Positions 50,373 through 60,316 of a DNA stretch of 64,000 nucleotides are shown here, piece after piece. The stretch lies in assembly GCF_988243305.1 (NCBI RefSeq), contig NZ_OZ547136.1, one strand, 5' to 3'. The first letter of the stretch is position 1. Each line of letters opens with the position of its first letter. Made by a program: the position numbers and the translations under genes. The notes under the pieces were generated by a model. The model searched no databases, was not told where the DNA came from, and was given only the letters and a program-made list of their open reading frames with translations.

Positions 50373-51224
50373 TTACGCGGGAAGCGGGAAAACAGCGTTA
50401 ACCTGACCGGTGCCAGAGCTTGGGAACAGCTCGGTGATAAACTCTACCTTGCCGTCGTATTTATCCCAGCCGAGCATCCCCAGCAGCATCACCGTGTCGT
50501 GCATATTGCCTTCGCCGTAGCAGTAGTCAGCGTACTCCGGCAGCATATTGCAGAACTCTTTGAACTGGCCTTCGCGCCACAACTTCACCACGCGCTCGTC
50601 CATCTGGCGGTCGAACTCGCGGGTGTAGCTGTTCATCCCTTCTTCCGCACGCTGATCGTCAATAAAGCGGTGCGATAATGAACCGCTGGCAAGGACCGCC
50701 ACGGTGCCGTCGTACTGTTCGATCGCTTTCAGAATCGCTTCGCCCAGCTTGCGGCTGTCGGCAAAATCATGAACGGTACAGAATGCGGAGATGGAGACCA
50801 CTTTGAAGTGCTTGTCTTCATTCATGTAGCGCATTGGCACCAGCGTGCCGTATTCCAGTTTCAGGCTGGGAATGTTGTGCGCTTTTGCCCGCACGCCGAG
50901 CTTTAAGGCTTCATCGGCAATTAGCTGCCCCAACTCCGGGTTGCCCTCGTAGTTGTAGGTCATGTCACGAATAAAATGCGGCAGCTCGTTACTGGTGTAG
51001 ACGCCTTCAAAATGGTCTGCACAGTTGATGTGATAAGCACTGTTGACCAGCCAGTGAGTATCGAAAACGATAATGGTATCGACGCCCATTTCCCGGCAAC
51101 GCTTGCTGATCTCTTTATGCCCGTCGATCGCGCCCTGGCGGCAACCGTGGTTTTTCCCTGGCAGTTCAGAGAGATACATCGACGGTACGTGCGTGATCTT
51201 GGCGGCTAACGCTAACTTACCCAT
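50373..51224 (-). CDS. hpaD: 3,4-dihydroxyphenylacetate 2,3-dioxygenase, 283 aa
   Basis: A 283-aa extradiol dioxygenase. Length and position match HpaD. Confidence 0.85.
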   Translation of the reverse strand: MGKLALAAKITHVPSMYLSELPGKNHGCRQGAIDGHKEISKRCREMGVDTIIVFDTHWLVNSAYHINCADHFEGVYTSNELPHFIRDMTYNYEGNPELGQLIADEALKLGVRAKAHNIPSLKLEYGTLVPMRYMNEDKHFKVVSISAFCTVHDFADSRKLGEAILKAIEQYDGTVAVLASGSLSHRFIDDQRAEEGMNSYTREFDRQMDERVVKLWREGQFKEFCNMLPEYADYCYGEGNMHDTVMLLGMLGWDKYDGKVEFITELFPSSGTGQVNAVFPLPA

Positions 51225-51225
51225 A

Positions 51226-52692
51226 TCAGACTCCCCATTTCGGAATTGGATGGTCGCCCATGGAAATGCAGACGTTCTTCATTTCCGCGAACACTTCGAA
51301 GCTGTACTCACCGCCTTCACGCCCGGTGCCGGAGGCTTTTACGCCGCCAAATGGCTGGCGCAGGTCACGCACGTTCTGGGTGTTGACGAACACCATGCCA
51401 GCTTCAATGCCACGCGCCAGGCGTAACACTTTGCTGACATCCTGTGTCCAGATGTACGACGCGAGGCCGTACTCCACGTCGTTTGCCAGACGTAAGCCTT
51501 CGGCTTCGTCTTTAAACGGCAGCAGGCAGGCGACCGGCCCGAAAATCTCTTCCTGGGCGACTCGCATACGGTTATCAACGTCTGCCAGCACGGTTGGGCG
51601 CAGGAAGTTGCCGCCTTTCAGGTGCGCAGGCAGGTCGGACGGTTTATCCGGACCGCCCGCCAGCAGGGTTGCGCCTTCTTCAATGCCGAGACGAATATAG
51701 CCGGAGACTTTTTCCCAGTGTTGCTGGCTGATAAGCGCCCCAACCTGGGTATTCGGATCGTTCGGATCGCCCACGCGCAGACGGTTGGCGCGTTCGGCAA
51801 AGCGTTTAACGAATTCCGGGTAGATGCTTTGCTGAATAAAGATGCGCGAACCGGCGGTGCAGCGCTCGCCGTTGATCGAGAAGATGGTGAACAGGGCAGC
51901 GTCCAGCGCGCGTTCAATATCGGCATCTTCAAAAATCAGCACCGGCGATTTACCGCCCAGTTCCATGGAGTATTTTTTCAGCCCGGCGTTTTTCATGATG
52001 TTGCGCCCGGTGGCCGTACCGCCGGTGAACGACACGGCACGTACGTCATGATGACGAACCAGCGCATCGCCTGCGGTTGCGCCGTAGCCCTGTACCACGT
52101 TCAGCACGCCCGCCGGAATACCGGCTTCCAGCGCCAGCTCACCCAGGCGGTCAGCGGTCAGCGGGGAGAGTTCCGACATTTTCAACACCGCGGTATTGCC
52201 CAGCGCCAGACACGGCGCGACCTTCCATGTGGCGGTCATAAACGGCACGTTCCACGGCGATACCAGCGCACAAACGCCTACCGGTTGCACCAGCGTGTAG
52301 TTGAGCATCTTGTCGTCAACCGGATAGGTCTTGCCGTTCATCTGCTGGCAGACTTCCGCGAAAAATTCAAAGTTGTGAGAAGCGCGTGGGATCAATACAT
52401 TTTTGGTCTGATGGATCGGCAGGCCCGTGTCCGCGGTTTCCATCGCGGCGATCTCAGGCACGTTCTGGTCGATCAGATCGCCCAGACGGCGCATCAGGCG
52501 CGCACGCTCTTTCATCGGCAGATTGGCCCATTTCGGGAACGCCTCTTTCGCTGCCGCTACCGCCTGATTGATCTCCGCTTCACCGCCGGAGGCCACATCT
52601 GCCAGCACTTCACCCGTTGCCGGATTGGTGGTCTGGAAGTAGTCGTTACCTGCAACATTTTTGCCGTTGATCCAATGATTTACTTTTTTCAT
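51226..52692 (-). CDS. hpaE: 5-carboxymethyl-2-hydroxymuconate semialdehyde dehydrogenase, 488 aa
   Basis: Aldehyde dehydrogenase with the catalytic Cys context GERCTAGSR. Its 4-bp start overlaps the end of hpaG. Confidence 0.9.
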   Translation of the reverse strand: MKKVNHWINGKNVAGNDYFQTTNPATGEVLADVASGGEAEINQAVAAAKEAFPKWANLPMKERARLMRRLGDLIDQNVPEIAAMETADTGLPIHQTKNVLIPRASHNFEFFAEVCQQMNGKTYPVDDKMLNYTLVQPVGVCALVSPWNVPFMTATWKVAPCLALGNTAVLKMSELSPLTADRLGELALEAGIPAGVLNVVQGYGATAGDALVRHHDVRAVSFTGGTATGRNIMKNAGLKKYSMELGGKSPVLIFEDADIERALDAALFTIFSINGERCTAGSRIFIQQSIYPEFVKRFAERANRLRVGDPNDPNTQVGALISQQHWEKVSGYIRLGIEEGATLLAGGPDKPSDLPAHLKGGNFLRPTVLADVDNRMRVAQEEIFGPVACLLPFKDEAEGLRLANDVEYGLASYIWTQDVSKVLRLARGIEAGMVFVNTQNVRDLRQPFGGVKASGTGREGGEYSFEVFAEMKNVCISMGDHPIPKWGV

Positions 52693-53984
52693 TTCGCTGT
52701 TTCCTCACTCACAATTCGGTTCACCAGGCGGCCCACGCCTTCTACTTCCACCACTACTTCATCGCCAGGCACCACGTCAGATAAGCCTTTTGGTGTGCCG
52801 GTGGCGATCATGTCGCCCGGATTCAGGGTCATAAATTCGCTTAAGTAGGCGATCAGGAAGGGCACGCTGAAGATCAGATCGGCGGTGGTGCCTTGCTGGC
52901 GTAACTCGCCGTTGACGAAGGTGCGAAGGGTCAGATTATGCGGGGCCGGGATCGCCTCTTTCGGCACGATGGTTGAAAGCATCGGCGTCAGTCCGTCGCG
53001 GCTTTTTACCCGCAGGTTAGGGCGGTAGTAGTTTTCCAGATAGTCGCGAATGGCGTAGTCGTTACACACGGTGTAGCCCGCGACATAATCCATGGCATCG
53101 GCTTCGCTGACGTTACGCGCCTGCTTGCCAATAACTACCACCAGCTCCGCTTCGTAGTGCATGTATTCAATATTGTTCGGGCGCACGGAGGTCTGGTTAT
53201 CGCCAGTGAGGGTATTCGGCGCTTTCAGGAACACCAGCGGTTCTTCCGGTGGCTTAAATTCCAGTTCGCTGGCGTGGTCGGCGTAGTTCAGGCCGAGGGC
53301 AAACAGCGTGCCGTGCGGGTGTGGCTGCGTTGGGAAGCTCTTGCGCGTGGTCACTTCACGTTCGTCCACTACCGGATTTTCCAGTGGCGGGAAACCTTCT
53401 GCGAGAACACGCACGCGATCGCCTGGCTGTATTTCCACGCGCGCCTGTGGCGTGCCGAGCAGAATGGCATCGCCTGGATTCAGCGTGGCAAATTCGCTCA
53501 GGGCGCTCAGCAACTGTGCGGCGTTACGTTGTAAATCGGCGGTATTCCAGTGATCGGCAGGACGCCCGTTGATCTCGGTATAGATAGTCAGATTATCGAC
53601 ATTGCTGAGAGCCACGGTTTCGCCAATGGGGCAGAATCCATCACGACATTTTGCTTTGATTGCCGGGCGGTAAAAGCTCTCTTCCGGCAGGCTGACGTCG
53701 TTAGCCAGCGCATATCCGGCGATGTACTCTGCCGCATCTTCTTCACGTACTTTCGTCGCCGTTTTCCCCACCATCAACGCAACAGTCGCACCGCTCAGTA
53801 CCTTTTCACCCTGTGGAAAGGGAATCCGTTCACCGCAACCAATCACCGTATTGCGCGGTTTAATAAACCAGACCGCAGTTTTAGGCGGGGTTTTGTAGGG
53901 GGATTGCTGGAACGCTTCCTGCCATGCATCAAGCTGGCTGCGATGGTTCAACGCTACGGCGAAGATAGTGCCTTTCATTACCAC
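52689..53984 (-). CDS. hpaG: Bifunctional 5-oxopent-3-ene-1,2,5-tricarboxylate decarboxylase / 2-hydroxyhepta-2,4-diene-1,7-dioate isomerase, 431 aa
   Basis: A 431-aa ORF with duplicated FAH-family domains. Confidence 0.85.
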   Translation of the reverse strand: MVMKGTIFAVALNHRSQLDAWQEAFQQSPYKTPPKTAVWFIKPRNTVIGCGERIPFPQGEKVLSGATVALMVGKTATKVREEDAAEYIAGYALANDVSLPEESFYRPAIKAKCRDGFCPIGETVALSNVDNLTIYTEINGRPADHWNTADLQRNAAQLLSALSEFATLNPGDAILLGTPQARVEIQPGDRVRVLAEGFPPLENPVVDEREVTTRKSFPTQPHPHGTLFALGLNYADHASELEFKPPEEPLVFLKAPNTLTGDNQTSVRPNNIEYMHYEAELVVVIGKQARNVSEADAMDYVAGYTVCNDYAIRDYLENYYRPNLRVKSRDGLTPMLSTIVPKEAIPAPHNLTLRTFVNGELRQQGTTADLIFSVPFLIAYLSEFMTLNPGDMIATGTPKGLSDVVPGDEVVVEVEGVGRLVNRIVSEETAK

Positions 53985-54249
53985 TCCTCGGATTCGATCA
54001 TCTTAATCATTAATATGTTAATGATTACTTTTATTCCCGATTGCGTAGTTTGGCAAAAGTAAGTGATGTAAATGTGATCTAATTAACAAACTATTTACAT
54101 TTGCAGGTAATAAAATACTAAATATCAGTAAGTTAATAAAGTATGCTCAATTTTGATAAAATGAGGAATTGCGGGGATAGCTCAGTCCCGGTAACGTGAT
54201 GATTAACTGTTTCTATATTAATGATTTTGAATTTTTCAGGGGAAAGATA

Positions 54250-54696
54250 ATGCACGACTCACTAACCATTGCGTTGCTCCAGGCGCGAGAAGCGGCGATG
54301 AGTTATTTTCGCCCAATCGTTAAACGGCATAATTTGACTGAGCAACAGTGGCGCATCGTGCGTATTCTGGCGGAAAGCCCATCAATGGATTTTCACGATC
54401 TGGCGTATCGCGCCTGCATTTTGCGCCCAAGCCTGACCGGGATCCTCACGCGGATGGAACGCGACGGTTTAGTGTTGCGATTAAAGCCGATCAATGATCA
54501 GCGGAAGCTCTATATCTCGCTGACCAAAGAGGGGCAGGCGCTGTATAACCGCGCTCAGACACAGATTGAAGAGGCCTATCGGCAGATTGAAGCTCAGTTT
54601 ACTGCCGAGAAAATGCAACAGTTAACCCATCTGTTAGAGGAATTTATTGCTCTGGGTAATTCCCGACAAGAAGACATCCCGGGCGATAATGAATAA
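54250..54696 (+). CDS. hpaR: MarR-family repressor of the hpa meta operon, about 148 aa
   Basis: The start is refined to MHDSLTIALLQAREAAMSYF…. MarR wHTH (…QQWRIVRILAESPSMDFHDLAYRACILRPSLTGIL…). It is divergent from hpaG. Confidence 0.8.
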   Translation: MHDSLTIALLQAREAAMSYFRPIVKRHNLTEQQWRIVRILAESPSMDFHDLAYRACILRPSLTGILTRMERDGLVLRLKPINDQRKLYISLTKEGQALYNRAQTQIEEAYRQIEAQFTAEKMQQLTHLLEEFIALGNSRQEDIPGDNE

Positions 54697-54757
54697 CTTT
54701 TTAATATCTGATAACCAGCGCCTGGTTTTTCCATGGATGGCGGGTTACACCTTTTCA

Positions 54758-54784
54758 TAAAGTTTTTCCTTTCCAGGCCGAAAA
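54758..54784 (+). promoter_or_regulatory. Sigma-28 (FliA) class-III flagellar promoter of tsr
   Basis: TAAAGTTT, an 11-nt spacer, then GCCGAAAA. The consensus is TAAAGTTT-N11-GCCGATAA. It lies about 30 bp upstream of the tsr ATG. Confidence 0.7.
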
Positions 54785-54814
54785 TCTTGCATCGGTCCAC
54801 AGGAAAGAGAAACC

Positions 54815-56479
54815 ATGTTAAAACGTATCAAAATTGTGACCAGCTTACTGCTGGTTTTGGCCGTTTTTGGCCTTTTACAACTGACATCAGGCGGTCTGTT
54901 CTTTAATGCCTTAAAGAATGACAAAGAAAATTTCACTGTTTTACAAACCATTCGCCAGCAGCAATCCACGCTGAATGGCAGCTGGGTCGCGTTGTTGCAG
55001 ACGCGTAACACCCTCAACCGCGCGGGTATCCGCTACATGATGGATCAGAATAATATTGGTAGCGGTTCAACCGTTGCTGAGCTGATGCAGAGTGCCAGTA
55101 TTTCGCTGAAACAGGCGGAAAAAAACTGGGCGGATTACGAAGCGTTGCCGCGTGACCCGCATCAGAGCACCGCCGCAGCGGCAGAGATCAAACGTAATTA
55201 CGATATTTATCACAATGCGCTGGCGGAGCTGATCCAACTGTTAGGTGCAGGCAAAATCAACGAGTTCTTTGATCAGCCAACCCAGGGATATCAGGACGGT
55301 TTCGAGAAGCAGTATGTGGCTTACATGGAGCAAAACGATCGGCTCTATGATATCGCCGTCAGCGATAATAATGCCTCCTACAGCCAGGCGATGTGGATCC
55401 TGGTGGGCGTGATGATCGTCGTACTGGCAGTCATCTTCGCCGTCTGGTTCGGTATTAAAGCCTCGTTGGTAGCGCCAATGAATCGCCTGATTGACAGCAT
55501 TCGTCATATTGCAGGCGGCGATCTGGTGAAACCGATTGAGGTGGATGGCTCTAATGAGATGGGGCAACTGGCAGAGAGTTTGCGCCATATGCAGGGAGAG
55601 CTGATGCGAACCGTCGGTGATGTGCGCAACGGGGCCAATGCCATCTATAGCGGTGCCAGCGAAATCGCCACCGGCAATAACGATCTCTCTTCGCGCACCG
55701 AGCAACAGGCCGCTTCGCTGGAAGAGACGGCAGCCAGCATGGAGCAACTGACCGCAACGGTGAAACAGAACGCCGAGAATGCGCGTCAGGCCAGCCATCT
55801 GGCGTTAAGTGCTTCTGAAACGGCGCAACGCGGCGGCAAAGTGGTGGATAACGTAGTACAGACCATGCGCGATATCTCCACCAGTTCGCAGAAAATCGCC
55901 GATATTATCAGCGTAATTGACGGCATTGCCTTCCAGACCAATATTCTGGCTTTGAACGCGGCGGTTGAGGCTGCGCGTGCGGGTGAGCAAGGGCGCGGTT
56001 TTGCGGTGGTCGCGGGAGAAGTGCGTAATCTGGCCCAGCGCAGCGCCCAGGCGGCTCGTGAAATTAAAAGCCTGATTGAAGACTCGGTGGGGAAAGTGGA
56101 TGTTGGCTCTACGCTGGTCGAAAGCGCCGGGGAAACAATGGCGGAGATTGTCAGTGCCGTGACCCGCGTGACGGACATTATGGGCGAAATTGCTTCTGCT
56201 TCTGATGAGCAGAGCCGTGGTATCGATCAGGTTGGATTAGCGGTTGCTGAGATGGACCGGGTAACTCAACAGAACGCCGCGCTGGTGGAAGAATCTGCCG
56301 CCGCCGCTGCCGCGCTGGAAGAGCAGGCCAGTCGCCTGACCGAAGCTGTGGCAGTGTTCCGGATTCAGCAACAGCAGCAACAGCAGCGTGAAACATCGGC
56401 TGTAGTAAAAACCGTGACGCCAGCTACGCCGCGTAAAATGGCCGTGGCAGATAGCGGCGAGAACTGGGAAACGTTTTAA
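54815..56479 (+). CDS. tsr: Methyl-accepting chemotaxis protein I (serine chemoreceptor), 554 aa
   Basis: Periplasmic 4HB sensor, HAMP, a highly conserved MCP signalling domain (…[28 protein letters not shown]…) and the C-terminal NWETF CheR-tether pentapeptide. Confidence 0.9.
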   Translation: MLKRIKIVTSLLLVLAVFGLLQLTSGGLFFNALKNDKENFTVLQTIRQQQSTLNGSWVALLQTRNTLNRAGIRYMMDQNNIGSGSTVAELMQSASISLKQAEKNWADYEALPRDPHQSTAAAAEIKRNYDIYHNALAELIQLLGAGKINEFFDQPTQGYQDGFEKQYVAYMEQNDRLYDIAVSDNNASYSQAMWILVGVMIVVLAVIFAVWFGIKASLVAPMNRLIDSIRHIAGGDLVKPIEVDGSNEMGQLAESLRHMQGELMRTVGDVRNGANAIYSGASEIATGNNDLSSRTEQQAASLEETAASMEQLTATVKQNAENARQASHLALSASETAQRGGKVVDNVVQTMRDISTSSQKIADIISVIDGIAFQTNILALNAAVEAARAGEQGRGFAVVAGEVRNLAQRSAQAAREIKSLIEDSVGKVDVGSTLVESAGETMAEIVSAVTRVTDIMGEIASASDEQSRGIDQVGLAVAEMDRVTQQNAALVEESAAAAAALEEQASRLTEAVAVFRIQQQQQQQRETSAVVKTVTPATPRKMAVADSGENWETF

Positions 56480-56487
56480 TCGCCATA

Positions 56488-56520
56488 AAAATGCCCGATA
56501 AGCAAAATGTTATCGGGCAT
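56488..56520. terminator. Bidirectional hairpin terminator between tsr and lgoT
   Basis: gcccgataagcaaaatgttatcgggc. A T-run follows on the minus strand. Confidence 0.5.
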
Positions 56521-56527
56521 AGGGAGT

Positions 56528-57889
56528 TTAATCTTTACGCGGGTCGTTGATCGGCTGACGAACCAGGAAGATGTACGCCAGTGCCCCCGCTGCGGTGACG
56601 CAACCGCAGATGATTAGTGCCAGACGGAATGAGTGGGTGGTATCAACAATAAAACCAGTAATGATCGGCGCGAAAGAGGCGCAGATGAAGCTGGCAAAGT
56701 TCTGGATACTGCCCACCGACGCCGTCATGCGAGAAGCAACTGCGACGTGGATCAAGCCCCAGCAGGATGTTCCGGCAAAGTGAATACAAAACAGTGCCAT
56801 GCCAATCAGCAGAACCGCTGTCATGGATGTTGTCGCTTGCGGTACGACCAGCGTAAAGGCGGCAGAACAGAACATCCCGGCAATAATGCAGATCTTACGG
56901 CTTTTAATCGGAGCCATTCCCCCTTTGACCAGCCAGTCGGTAACGTAACCGTTGACCAGCATCCCGGCAGCCCCAAACAGGAAAGGGATAGCCGCCATCA
57001 ATCCTGTGCTTTTTAAATCCAGGTTATAGGCTGTTTGCAGGTAACCAGGAAGCCAGGCCAGATACAGCCACGCAGTGTAGTTGATGCCACTGAATCCGAG
57101 CATCATTCCCCACATTGTGCGGTTACGGAACAGGCTGCGCCATTCGGCAAAACTGAGCGGATCTCGGCGGGCATTGACGCTACCTGCATTGAGATAAGCT
57201 TGTTCAACGGCAGTCAGTTCTACGTGCTCGCGGTTGCGATAGAGCATATACCAGCCGATGGCGAGAAAAATCCCCAGTACACCAATGGTAATAAACATCC
57301 CGCGCCAGCCCATCACCAGCATCATCGCCGCCAGAATCGGTGGGCTTACGGCAACGCCAATGGTAGAAGCTGCGTTGAAGAAGCCCATCGGGCGTCCGCG
57401 CTCTTTGATGTTGAACCAGTCGTTAATGACTTTTACACCGCATGGGTTCATCGGCGCTTCACCAATCCCCATACCGATACGCACCAACACGAACTGCGTA
57501 AAGCTGTGCACCATGCCAGACATGGCCTGGAACAGTGACCAGAAGAACATCCCCAGTCCCAGCATCAGGCGTGGGCCTTTACGATCCAATAGTGGGCCGC
57601 AAGGAAGTTGCGCAATCCCGTAAGCGAGTGAAAACACGGAGAGCAAAGCGCCGATTTCGGTGGCACTTAATCCCAATTCTTCACGAATCGTTAAATTTGC
57701 TACCGACAGCGAACTGCGGTCGAGATAATTGATTACCGCCGCAAAAAATAATAACAACATGGCGGTGGTTTGAATGCGTTTAATTCGGGTACTGCGTTGA
57801 ACTAATCCATCTGGTGGCACGGGAATATCTGCCGACGAAGATGGAGTAAATGAAGAACGCGGATCGAGGGTGATATTTTCTTTTTCCAC
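56528..57889 (-). CDS. lgoT: MFS L-galactonate transporter (YjjL), 453 aa
   Basis: A 453-aa 12-transmembrane MFS protein at the yjjL position. Confidence 0.85.
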   Translation of the reverse strand: MEKENITLDPRSSFTPSSSADIPVPPDGLVQRSTRIKRIQTTAMLLLFFAAVINYLDRSSLSVANLTIREELGLSATEIGALLSVFSLAYGIAQLPCGPLLDRKGPRLMLGLGMFFWSLFQAMSGMVHSFTQFVLVRIGMGIGEAPMNPCGVKVINDWFNIKERGRPMGFFNAASTIGVAVSPPILAAMMLVMGWRGMFITIGVLGIFLAIGWYMLYRNREHVELTAVEQAYLNAGSVNARRDPLSFAEWRSLFRNRTMWGMMLGFSGINYTAWLYLAWLPGYLQTAYNLDLKSTGLMAAIPFLFGAAGMLVNGYVTDWLVKGGMAPIKSRKICIIAGMFCSAAFTLVVPQATTSMTAVLLIGMALFCIHFAGTSCWGLIHVAVASRMTASVGSIQNFASFICASFAPIITGFIVDTTHSFRLALIICGCVTAAGALAYIFLVRQPINDPRKD

Positions 57890-58103
57890 GCCGGACTCCT
57901 GTATTTATAATTTTAATTGTTTACGTAATTGTGCATTACGCAAGGTTGACATTAACGGCAGGTTAAAGTTTTAGGACTTTACTACCGCTCACAAAAACAT
58001 TTTTAGTCGACTGATTGTGAGCATAGGTAAGCGGGAATTTCCCGGTATTTATCTTTTGATAAAACCGTGCACCCGCTAATAGTTTGCTGTTTTTAATCCG
58101 TAC

Positions 58104-59018
58104 TTAATGAGCATAACGCGTGTTCTCATTAATGGATCGAATCATTGATTGTTTAGCTGAATTCAAATGGTTACGGAGCGCAAGGGTGGCATCAAGGTCA
58201 CTGCGGCAAATCAGAGCGCTGAGAATGGTCATATGCTCATCGACGGCAATGATATTGCGCTGTTTAAGATCGCTTTCGTCCCATTGATAGTGAAAATGAA
58301 AGATGACTGAGATGATCTCAAGCGATTGATCAAAAAAGATATTGTCGGCAGCTGAAAGCAGTAAGGAGTGAAAATCTCTGTCAAGTTGCGAGAACATGCG
58401 AAAGCTATTGCCGATGTTGTCACGCAGTAGCCGATGACGTTCGAGCATGGTTTTCGCCTGCAGCCAGCGGGGATCATGATCAGGCAGGTTGAGAAAGTGC
58501 TGAAGTGAATGAGTTTCGAGCATTTCGCGTAGCTCAAACAGCTGCTCAGCGTAGGATTGATCGAATTGCTTCATGCTCCACTGGCCGCGCTTTTCGCTTT
58601 GAATAAGATTATAACGGCCGAATTTTAAAAGATATTCTCTTACTACAACCGGGCTGACACCCGCGGCCCGAGCCAGTTGCAGTTCAGAAAAAGTTTCCCC
58701 AGGGCGTAACTGACGCTGGTTTATCATCGTGAAAAAAGCCTGCTCAAACACTTTGTTTTGTTCACTCATTGAAGCGGTAGTACAGGCGAAACCGTCATCA
58801 TGGTCAGGTTTACGCGCAATAACATAGTCGTTTCCAACCTGCGTTAAGACGCCGCATTCGCGTAAGTGGCTGAGAATATGACGCACTGTAGTGCGGCTGA
58901 TGTTGTACATTTCCGCCAACGCACTTTGCGATGGAAGTGGGGAAGGGATATGACCCCGCGCCATATCATCAATGACCTGGTTAATCACATTGTGGCGTAA
59001 ATTTTGTGAACGACTCAT
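58104..59018 (-). CDS. lgoR: GntR/FCD-type regulator of L-galactonate catabolism (YjjM), 304 aa
   Basis: N-terminal HTH (…ALAEMYNISRTTVRHILSHL…), a second wHTH and an FCD domain. Confidence 0.8.
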   Translation of the reverse strand: MSRSQNLRHNVINQVIDDMARGHIPSPLPSQSALAEMYNISRTTVRHILSHLRECGVLTQVGNDYVIARKPDHDDGFACTTASMSEQNKVFEQAFFTMINQRQLRPGETFSELQLARAAGVSPVVVREYLLKFGRYNLIQSEKRGQWSMKQFDQSYAEQLFELREMLETHSLQHFLNLPDHDPRWLQAKTMLERHRLLRDNIGNSFRMFSQLDRDFHSLLLSAADNIFFDQSLEIISVIFHFHYQWDESDLKQRNIIAVDEHMTILSALICRSDLDATLALRNHLNSAKQSMIRSINENTRYAH

Positions 59019-59156
59019 ATTTTCCTCCTTGTGAGTCCATTAAAACCCGATTTAAAACATTTTTATGCGTGTGTTTTCACAAAACAGATTTTCCGTTCCG
59101 CTGCCATTTTTCATTTTCATTGATATCTAAGGCAACAAAAAATGGAGAGCCGAATC

Positions 59157-60179
59157 ATGTCTACGATGAATGTTTTAATTTGCCAGCAGCCGAAAGAATT
59201 AGTCTGGAAACAACGCGAGATACCTATTCCGGGTGACAATGAAGCATTAATAAAAATTAAGTCTGTCGGGATTTGCGGTACCGATATTCATGCCTGGGGT
59301 GGAAATCAACCATTTTTTAGTTATCCACGGGTTTTAGGCCATGAAATATGTGGGGAGATTGTTGGGCTGGGTAAAAATATTGCAAATCTTAAAAATGGAC
59401 AGCAAGTAGCGGTGATCCCTTATGTTGCCTGTCAGCAATGCCCGGCGTGTAAAAGCGGGCGTACCAATTGCTGTGAAAAAATTTCAGTCATTGGCGTGCA
59501 TCAGGATGGCGGTTTTAGTGAGTATTTGAGCGTGCCGGTGGCGAACATTTTGCCCGCAGACGGTATTGACCCGCAGGCGGCAGCATTGATTGAACCTTTC
59601 GCTATTAGCGCTCATGCGGTGCGTCGCGCAGCCATGGCTCCCGGCGAGCAGGTGCTGGTGGTCGGGGCGGGGCCAATCGGTCTGGGCGCGGCGGCAATCG
59701 CTAAAGCCGATGGCGCACAGGTAGTGGTGGCGGATACCAGTCCGGCGCGCCGTGAACATGTGGCAACGCGTCTGGAGTTGCCCGTGCTGGACCCGTCAGC
59801 CGAAGATTTTGACGCGCAGCTGCGGGCGCAGTTTGGTGGTTCGCTGGCGCAGAAAGTGATCGACGCGACAGGTAATCAACATGCGATGAATAACACCGTG
59901 AATCTGATTCGTCACGGCGGCACGGTGGTATTTGTCGGTCTGTTTAAAGGTGAGTTGCAGTTCTCCGATCCAGAATTCCATAAAAAAGAAACGACGATGA
60001 TGGGTAGCCGCAACGCCACGCCGGAAGATTTCGCTAAAGTCGGTCGACTGATGGCGGAAGGGAAAATCACTGCCGACATGATGTTAACCCATCGCTACCC
60101 GTTCGCCACGCTGGCAGAAACCTACGAGCGTGATGTGATTAACAATCGTGAGTTGATTAAGGGTGTAATTACTTTCTGA
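59157..60179 (+). CDS. lgoD: L-galactonate 5-dehydrogenase (Zn-dependent MDR alcohol dehydrogenase, YjjN), about 340 aa
   Basis: Zn-ADH motifs GHEICGEIV and CQQCPACKSGRTNCC. The start is refined to MSTMNVLI…. Confidence 0.8.
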   Translation: MSTMNVLICQQPKELVWKQREIPIPGDNEALIKIKSVGICGTDIHAWGGNQPFFSYPRVLGHEICGEIVGLGKNIANLKNGQQVAVIPYVACQQCPACKSGRTNCCEKISVIGVHQDGGFSEYLSVPVANILPADGIDPQAAALIEPFAISAHAVRRAAMAPGEQVLVVGAGPIGLGAAAIAKADGAQVVVADTSPARREHVATRLELPVLDPSAEDFDAQLRAQFGGSLAQKVIDATGNQHAMNNTVNLIRHGGTVVFVGLFKGELQFSDPEFHKKETTMMGSRNATPEDFAKVGRLMAEGKITADMMLTHRYPFATLAETYERDVINNRELIKGVITF

Positions 60180-60261
60180 TAAGGCGAGATTATTAAAGTT
60201 GCCATGCAGCGTCCGGGGAAGTGTTGGGCGCTGTTTTTTTTGTTTCTTAATAGTGTGTTGT

Positions 60262-60310
60262 AAGCCGGAGAAGGCGTGTAGGTCGCACCTTATGCGACCT
60301 ACACATCAGT
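60262..60310. repeat. REP-like palindromic element after lgoD
   Basis: gcgtgtaggtcgcaccttatgcgacctacacat is a perfect 12-bp inverted repeat. Confidence 0.5.
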
Positions 60311-60316
60311 CAGGAA

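Noticed and set aside
51622-52848. 408-aa ORF antisense to hpaE
   Set aside because: It is a mirror-frame artefact opposite a conserved aldehyde dehydrogenase. It has an Arg-rich low-complexity translation and no RBS context.
56341-56400. Poly-glutamine (QQQQQQQ) tract in Tsr
   Set aside because: It lies in the flexible C-terminal linker preceding the NWETF pentapeptide, which is the normal chemoreceptor architecture. It is not a repeat expansion or frameshift site.
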